DNA of 64,000 nucleotides, taken from positions 512,001 through 576,000 of the forward strand of contig OZ253462.1 in the NCBI GenBank assembly GCA_965261395.1, read 5' to 3'. This document shows, piece after piece, positions 58,415 to 64,000 of this stretch. Within the stretch, counting starts at the first letter, position 1, and the number at the start of each line of letters is the position of its first letter. Origin of the DNA: Candidatus Latescibacterota bacterium. Lineage in GTDB: Bacteria; Latescibacterota; UBA2968; UBA8231. The translations under genes were made by a program, and so were the position numbers. The notes beneath the pieces were generated by a model. The model was not told where the DNA came from, made no database searches, and was given only the letters and a program-made list of their open reading frames with translations.

Positions 58415-59380
58415 TTGACGCAGCGCTGCCATACGGCGGCTGGGGTCGAAGTGGACCTAAACATTGCAGTCCGGTCACTCATCACGATGGCGGCACCGGA
58501 GCGGAGCGACGAGATCGCAGAACTCTGGAGTCGGTACTCGCCATCATTTGATGAAGCTTCCGACAGCGGTAGATTCCACATGGAAGCAGGACCGTTTGGG
58601 CTCGTGCTCCTCACACCAAGATCAATGTGGATCTCTTGGCTGCTGACGCACGAGGCATGGGCTACATTGGACTGCTATAGTACGATGCTGGTGCTGCTGG
58701 ATCTCTCTAAGGAATCAGTCCGGGCGAGTTTTGGGGTTCGTCTTCGTGCACTTGTCGACCAAGTGGATGTGGAGAGGCAGGTTGATGACATTGCACAGAA
58801 GGTGGATGAACTCAGATCCGGAGTAGATCTGCGCGACTTTGAATGGTCAAGAACCGTACCAATCCCATCTATCGATCGGCCTAAGGAGACGTTGAGAGCA
58901 GCACAGCACGATCTCTCTTGCTTGTTGCTGGCCGTAATGTTTCTCCACGAGGTTCGCCATGTTATGGAGCGAGATGAGGCCGAAGAGCAGCTCTCCTCAA
59001 TTGAAAGGGAGCACCGCTGTGACGCATTTGCTCAGGATTTTCTCATGGAGCGCCTCAGTAGCTACGCTCAGCGTGAGGGCTATGACAAGAGTAAGGTCGC
59101 CTCAAAGAGAGCTATCGCACTAGGTATCTGGTGCTACGCTATTCACAGAATTGTGGGAGAACATGAGTCAGAGTCGCATCCGCCGCCAAGCGCCAGACTA
59201 CGGAGGATGTTGTCGGCGCTAGAACTTCCACCATATGATAAGTTCTGGATAGTCATGGCATCATTGCTCGTCAACCAACTACGAGCTTCGAATTATCTCC
59301 CTGCTAGTGTGAGTTCAACCTCACTGAGTGACCTTGTGTGTGAACTTCTTGAGATAGTTGAAGGCATTGAAGGTGGTTGA
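58415..59380 (+). CDS. Lit-like (peptidase U49) zinc metalloprotease; start may be GTG 58451
   Basis: FLHEVRH (HExxH), EHRCDAFA, SHPPPSAR. Confidence 0.72.
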   Translation: MTQRCHTAAGVEVDLNIAVRSLITMAAPERSDEIAELWSRYSPSFDEASDSGRFHMEAGPFGLVLLTPRSMWISWLLTHEAWATLDCYSTMLVLLDLSKESVRASFGVRLRALVDQVDVERQVDDIAQKVDELRSGVDLRDFEWSRTVPIPSIDRPKETLRAAQHDLSCLLLAVMFLHEVRHVMERDEAEEQLSSIEREHRCDAFAQDFLMERLSSYAQREGYDKSKVASKRAIALGIWCYAIHRIVGEHESESHPPPSARLRRMLSALELPPYDKFWIVMASLLVNQLRASNYLPASVSSTSLSDLVCELLEIVEGIEGG

Positions 59381-59647
59381 ATGAGATGGCGTTGCCTAGC
59401 ATGTGATTGAGCCGACAGTGTTGACAGTTGTTCCGAAGCTTTGTGCTCGTTACCTCAACCACTGAGTGACTCAGCGTTGGTTCACCGTGTTGGCTTGGCG
59501 CATCTGAGCCGATAGTGACTCCGCCCGCAGGTTTCCACCCCGCATACGCGGGGTCGTATATGGGTAGCCGTTATACGCAAACAGTTAGGTTCGTAGACTC
59601 ATAGACTATCTGTGCAGGTATTAGGCAGAGCTGTCAGGAGATGCCAA

Positions 59648-60073
59648 GTGAAAGATCAGCTAGATAGCGTAAGATGTTTTCATGAGGTGTTCCAGGGATA
59701 TATGGAGCGCACGCCCACTGCAATGGTGCCTGCGGAGATAAGCGAAGGGCGTACCCAGATGTTTTTGGAGGAGCTAGAAGAGTATCGAGCGGCCGTGAAT
59801 AACCACGACATCGTCGAGATCGCAGACGCCCTTACAGACATGCTTTACGTACTGCTGGGTACGTTCATCACGCATGGTTTGCAGGACATCGCCGAAGAGC
59901 TCTTTAATGAAGTCCACCGCAGCAACATGAGCAAGCTAGATGAGCAGGGTAAGCCAATATTCAGGAGGGACGGCAAAGTATTGAAGTCAGATCAGTTTTC
60001 AGAACCAGATTTGCGATCGATCATAGCGAAGATTGGTCCAGTTGAGTCAGAAGGCATGGAGGTCACGGGATGA
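59648..60073 (+). CDS. MazG-like/PRA-PH NTP pyrophosphohydrolase
   Basis: EELEEY, EIADALTDMLYV, EVHRSNMSKL, DGKVLK. Confidence 0.92.
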   Translation: MKDQLDSVRCFHEVFQGYMERTPTAMVPAEISEGRTQMFLEELEEYRAAVNNHDIVEIADALTDMLYVLLGTFITHGLQDIAEELFNEVHRSNMSKLDEQGKPIFRRDGKVLKSDQFSEPDLRSIIAKIGPVESEGMEVTG

Positions 60074-60294
60074 ATGAACGAATCATAATCGATCCCTCGA
60101 TCCGTCATGGCAAGCCGGTGATTCGGGGGACCCGAGTGCCAGTGCACCGAATTATTGGGAGCCTCGCAGGAGGGGCAACCCCAGAAGAAGTCTGTGAGGA
60201 ATATGGCATTACCGACGCGGATATAGGGGCCGCTCTTGAGTACGCGGAGGAACTCGTGGAAGCAGAAGAAGCTCATCCCCTACCTGCGTCCTAA
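60070..60294 (+). CDS. DUF433 antitoxin
   Basis: IIIDPSIRHGKPVIRGTRVPV...EY.I...DI.AAL.YA. Confidence 0.93.
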   Translation: MNERIIIDPSIRHGKPVIRGTRVPVHRIIGSLAGGATPEEVCEEYGITDADIGAALEYAEELVEAEEAHPLPAS

Positions 60295-60300
60295 GTCGGT

Positions 60301-60387
60301 TTGCAATTCATCATCGACGCTGATCTTCCTCGCACTGTAGCCGGTGTGATATGGCCTATAGTATTGAAATCGCGGTTTGAGGATTAG
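60301..60387 (+). pseudogene. Truncated DUF5615 (PIN-like) toxin
   Basis: (M)QFIIDADLPRTVA start typical of the DUF433 partner; stop after 28 codons. Confidence 0.65.
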
Positions 60388-60395
60388 GCCCAATC

Positions 60396-60493
60396 GCACA
60401 TCTCGCAACAACCTGTTGCCGCTGCGCCGCGTTCGCGCCTTGGCCTTCGGCAACCCGCTACGCGGCTTCGCAAACCGGAATACGCTATGTGCC
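60396..60493. repeat. attC-like structured repeat (related copies near 59537-59576 and 60929-61016)
   Basis: Shared CGCCGC...CCTTGGCCTT(T)CGG(G)CAAC-hairpin-TTCG; ends GCTATGTGCC, complementary to GGCACATAAC at 60929. Confidence 0.5.
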
Positions 60494-60606
60494 ATGACCA
60501 CCGCTTTCTGCGATGAGACAGGCCGCTGCCAGTTCGCTTCTTCCGTACGACGACAGGGCGTGAGCCGGTTGGCACGATCCAGACTAACGATGCTCCGGGA
60601 GGCACG

Positions 60607-60885
60607 ATGAAAAGACATGTCGGCAGCAGCTTTGATGAGTTCCTCACAGACGAGGGCCTTCTCAGTGAAGCAGAGGCAACGGCCGTCAAACGCGTTATTG
60701 CCTATCAGTTGAGTCAGTTCATGGCGGAAAACAAGCTGTCCAAATCGGCGATGGCCAAGCGCATGCAAACCAGTCGGTCAGCGCTGGATCGTCTGCTTGA
60801 CTCGTCCAATCCCTCCGTAACGCTACAGACCATGGACCGCGCTGCTCGGGCTCTGGGCAAAAAGCTCCGCATCGAGCTGAGCTGA
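60607..60885 (+). CDS. XRE-HTH antitoxin (HigA-like)
   Basis: HVGSSFDEFL, MAKRMQTSRSALDRLLD, TLQTM.RAA.ALG. Confidence 0.88.
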   Translation: MKRHVGSSFDEFLTDEGLLSEAEATAVKRVIAYQLSQFMAENKLSKSAMAKRMQTSRSALDRLLDSSNPSVTLQTMDRAARALGKKLRIELS

Positions 60886-61213
60886 TTTCGCCTAGGGATC
60901 CGTCTTGTAGGCCATCGCATTTTTTCACGGCACATAACACATCGGCGTTGCGCTTCGCCGCCTTTCAGGCACCTTGGCCTTTCGGGCAACGGCCACAAGG
61001 GCCGTTCGTGTATGGGCAAGGCGATATATGATATGGGAAAAGAAAATCAGAATCTATGCGGTATATCTCTAGAATACAGGGGATATGCCAATGGCCAACG
61101 GCGAAAGTTCAGGCTGTGCTTGACAGTGCGCATAACCTGCGCCGTTGGGAAGAAAAACAAAAGGTGGGCTTGCAGACCCGCAATCAGCCCATCACGGGAG
61201 AAATGATACCGAG

Positions 61214-62428
61214 ATGATTATCAAGCAGATCGAGACCATCCGAATCGAGTCGCAGCCGCAGATCATATGGGTACAGATTCACACTGACACGGGGATCATA
61301 GGACTGGGTGAGACCTTTTACGCGCCGCAGGTGGTGGATGCGGCCGTCCACGATTGGTTCGGTCCCCTGCTTATCGGACGCGAGCCAGGGGCCATCGAGC
61401 GTCACTGGGAGGCCATGTTCCGGTTATCGGATCATGCCGGGTACGGCGGCGCTGAGATGCGCGCAATCTCCGCCATAGACATGGCACTCTGGGATATCAA
61501 GGGTCAGGCCGTGGACCTCCCGATATACGAACTACTGGGCGGCGCCGTGCGGAAGAAGATCCCCGCTTACGTGAATGACTTGCCCTACGAGGGCGCGGGA
61601 GAGAAGGCCAAGTATTATCTCGATCAGGGGTTCACCGCGATGAAGGGTGGTCCCACGATTGTGCTTGCCCAGGCCACGGATGGTCAGTCGCTAACGCCGA
61701 AAGAACTCGATATGGCGCTGAAACCCATCCGAGATATTCGAGACGCAGTAGGCATGGATATGCAGATCGCCAACGACGGTCACGGCAAGTGGACGCTACC
61801 CGTTGCCATTCGCATCGCGCAGGCTATGGAGCCGTACGAGATCATGTGGCAGGAAGATCTGATGCCGCTGCTCAACCCGGATGCCCTAGCCCGGCTGCAG
61901 GCCGCCACGAAGACGCCAGTCTGCATATCCGAGCGGCTACTCACGCGCTGGCAACTCCGTCACTTCATCGAGAACGGTTCCGCTCGTATCGTTATGCCAG
62001 ACCTGATTTGGACCGGCGGCATCTCTGAGACCCACAAGCTCGCCATCCTAGCATCCGCGCATCAGGTTCCAATTGCACCCCACGACGCCACCGGCCCCGT
62101 AAACATATTTGCGTGTGCGCAGATCCTCATGAACGCCCCTAATGGCATGATCATGGAGCACGTGCCGTCGATGTATAAGGGTTGGTACAACGAGGTAGTG
62201 GACCCTAACGTGGATATTCACGACGGATTCCTCCACGCACCCGATAGACCGGGTATCGGCACTCGTCTCAAGGCCGGACTCCGCGACCGCTCGGACGTGA
62301 TTGTGCGCGTCAGCGACACTCCTGGCACAAGTGTAATCGATCACTACGGGCCAGCCGCCCAGCGGACGCCACAGAATCAGGCCCTTGTCGACGAGATGGA
62401 GATCGAGCGCGGGCCACAGCAAGCGTGA
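61214..62428 (+). CDS. Mandelate racemase/muconate lactonizing (enolase superfamily) enzyme
   Basis: GLGE, SAIDMALWDIKG, metal ligands D-E-E, APH, PGIG. Confidence 0.93.
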   Translation: MIIKQIETIRIESQPQIIWVQIHTDTGIIGLGETFYAPQVVDAAVHDWFGPLLIGREPGAIERHWEAMFRLSDHAGYGGAEMRAISAIDMALWDIKGQAVDLPIYELLGGAVRKKIPAYVNDLPYEGAGEKAKYYLDQGFTAMKGGPTIVLAQATDGQSLTPKELDMALKPIRDIRDAVGMDMQIANDGHGKWTLPVAIRIAQAMEPYEIMWQEDLMPLLNPDALARLQAATKTPVCISERLLTRWQLRHFIENGSARIVMPDLIWTGGISETHKLAILASAHQVPIAPHDATGPVNIFACAQILMNAPNGMIMEHVPSMYKGWYNEVVDPNVDIHDGFLHAPDRPGIGTRLKAGLRDRSDVIVRVSDTPGTSVIDHYGPAAQRTPQNQALVDEMEIERGPQQA

Positions 62429-62457
62429 AATCGGGACAGTGATCAGGAGGCACCAAG

Positions 62458-62943
62458 ATGGAGAATATCATCCTCTCGATGTGGATTTTCGCTGGGTCCC
62501 TGCAAATCGCTTTCCTAGTCGCTTTGATAGCGATCGCCCAGACTCTTCGACGATCATTTGCAATTCAGAGCCCGTATTGGATTGTTCTCTTTTTCTGTCT
62601 GAAATCCTTGGGGCAGTATGCTGATCCCTTCCTGATGGGACTGCTTACTGAGGAACTGATGGCGTTCACAGTGCCAAACGCGTCGTTCACCTTAGGTCAG
62701 CTATTTGCACTTCTCAGTTCTGCTCACCTGATATTCATACTGCTGGGTGCTTTCGGCCTCCTCGCCCTGGTCTTGGCGGACCTATCCCATTCTTTGCAGG
62801 GCGCAGACGACATACGCCCCTCACGTTGGTTTCAGTGTTTCGAGTTGGTTGGCCGTCACCGACTCGGATTCGGGTTGGCTACGGTGCTGCTGGCTGTCGC
62901 GCACCCTGCCCTTCTGGTGGGCCTTCTGTTGAGTAGCAATTGA
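62458..62943 (+). CDS. Hypothetical membrane protein
   Basis: AGGAGG RBS; about 4 hydrophobic segments. Confidence 0.6.
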   Translation: MENIILSMWIFAGSLQIAFLVALIAIAQTLRRSFAIQSPYWIVLFFCLKSLGQYADPFLMGLLTEELMAFTVPNASFTLGQLFALLSSAHLIFILLGAFGLLALVLADLSHSLQGADDIRPSRWFQCFELVGRHRLGFGLATVLLAVAHPALLVGLLLSSN

Positions 62944-63256
62944 GACTGGCAGACCGGACGAATCGAGGCCGACCACTGAGACCGACTGGCCGGTTTACCA
63001 TGGCACGGACGGAAATCAGACGGGTTATAGCCCGGATGCGGGGCCTGCCAAAGGCAAAATAGCATGGCGCGTAGCTAAGGGGAATTTCTGGTATGCCACT
63101 CCCGTGATCGAAAACGGTAAAGTGTATACTGCCGCGCCTGGGGGGGGGGTGAGGAGTGCCGGCCTTGTATGGCAACAGAGTCTTCTCCCATCATCGCAAC
63201 GGCTATTTCTTCGCTATAGAGTAAGTATCTTGTTGGGCATAGGAGGTTACCTCCGC

Positions 63257-64000
63257 TCAGCGGTAAAACTCCGCCAGTGGATAAATACGCAGCACCATCT
63301 CGCCCGGCTTCCTCGCCCTCCCTTTCCGTTCCCCCAGTGTCACCGCTTCCCGGGCGTCCTCGTCCGCTTCGACCCAGCTCCGGTGGTAGGTCAGGTACAC
63401 CTTATCGCCCGCAAACCACACATTGGGGTAGTCGAAGGTGGTGAAACCCTCCGGCAGCGTGCCCACTTCGGGCAGTCCGACCACCGGCGTAATCGGCTCC
63501 TGCGGCACCACCCGCTCCACGTCCTCCATACCGTCGCTCACCTCGATTGTCTTGAACCACTCCCAGCTCGCTCCACTATCCCTGGAAATCGCCGCCGACA
63601 GTCGCCCCCGCCGGTAGCCCCGTTTGATCTCATCCCGTGACACCTGGTTCCACACACACAGTAAGTCGCCCGTGCTCGGAATCCGCCGCAACCTCGGCGG
63701 CGAATACGAACTCGCCAGATCGTTCGGCAAAATCGGCGTCCAGGTCTGGCCGCCGTCTTCGCTGGCGCTCTGCACCAGCCGCCCCACCGTAGACCGTGCC
63801 AGCAGCATCACCCGCCCATCCGCGCATTCCGACACACTCGGTTCATCCACCGCCGTGATTCCTCCGCGCCCGTTGGGAATGCCCTCCGCGTCGAACCAGC
63901 CCATCAGTTGCCCCTGGCACTGCTGCCACGTCTGTCCCTCGTCGTCCGCATAACTCACCGCGGCGATATCCACCTCCGGATAGTGATAATGTCCGCTTAC
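63257..64000 (-). CDS. Sialidase/BNR-repeat protein (5' truncated by window)
   Basis: Asp boxes ADDEGQTW, SEDGGQTW, SRDSGASW; frame open to the window edge. Confidence 0.85.
   Translation of the reverse strand, partial: VSGHYHYPEVDIAAVSYADDEGQTWQQCQGQLMGWFDAEGIPNGRGGITAVDEPSVSECADGRVMLLARSTVGRLVQSASEDGGQTWTPILPNDLASSYSPPRLRRIPSTGDLLCVWNQVSRDEIKRGYRRGRLSAAISRDSGASWEWFKTIEVSDGMEDVERVVPQEPITPVVGLPEVGTLPEGFTTFDYPNVWFAGDKVYLTYHRSWVEADEDAREAVTLGERKGRARKPGEMVLRIYPLAEFYR

Noticed and set aside
63140-63149. G10 homopolymer as a phase-variation tract
   Set aside because: It lies between convergent genes; the overlapping ORF 63104..63640 looks like a shadow of the sialidase.

Overview
Bacterial 64 kb window, mostly GC-rich. 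The gene content (several PhyH dioxygenases, many TPR proteins, FlgD/T9SS-like C-terminal domain proteins, a C-terminal 'TAVEQTSWGHIK' motif) resembles Ca. Latescibacterota/Poribacteria-type genomes; this is an inference. Blocks: (1) 1-11.8 kb: end of a C5 DNA methyltransferase, a chimeric rSAM/PhyH junction, a vapBC pair and catabolic genes. (2) 11.8-40 kb: a cell-envelope locus with TPR/CRTAC1 lipoproteins, a PpiC foldase, four large 'F(T/S)PNGDG' C-terminal-domain proteins (two are tandem duplicates with variable loops), a probable beta-barrel and two GT-C+TPR glycosyltransferases. It also holds a secreted redoxin split by an in-frame UGA that reads as a UxxC selenoprotein with a SECIS-like hairpin. 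(3) 40-53.6 kb: a sigma-54 MacAB-like ABC exporter operon with its two-component system; the accessory genes inside it are separated by copies of the permease 3' tail. (4) 56.9-61 kb: a partly AT-rich, cassette-like island with an Ntn-hydrolase (proteasome-beta-like), a 47-aa peptide, a Lit-like protease, a MazG-like enzyme and decayed TA modules, with attC-like repeats. No rRNA, tRNA or CRISPR array was seen. All calls come from reading motifs by eye; no searches were run.
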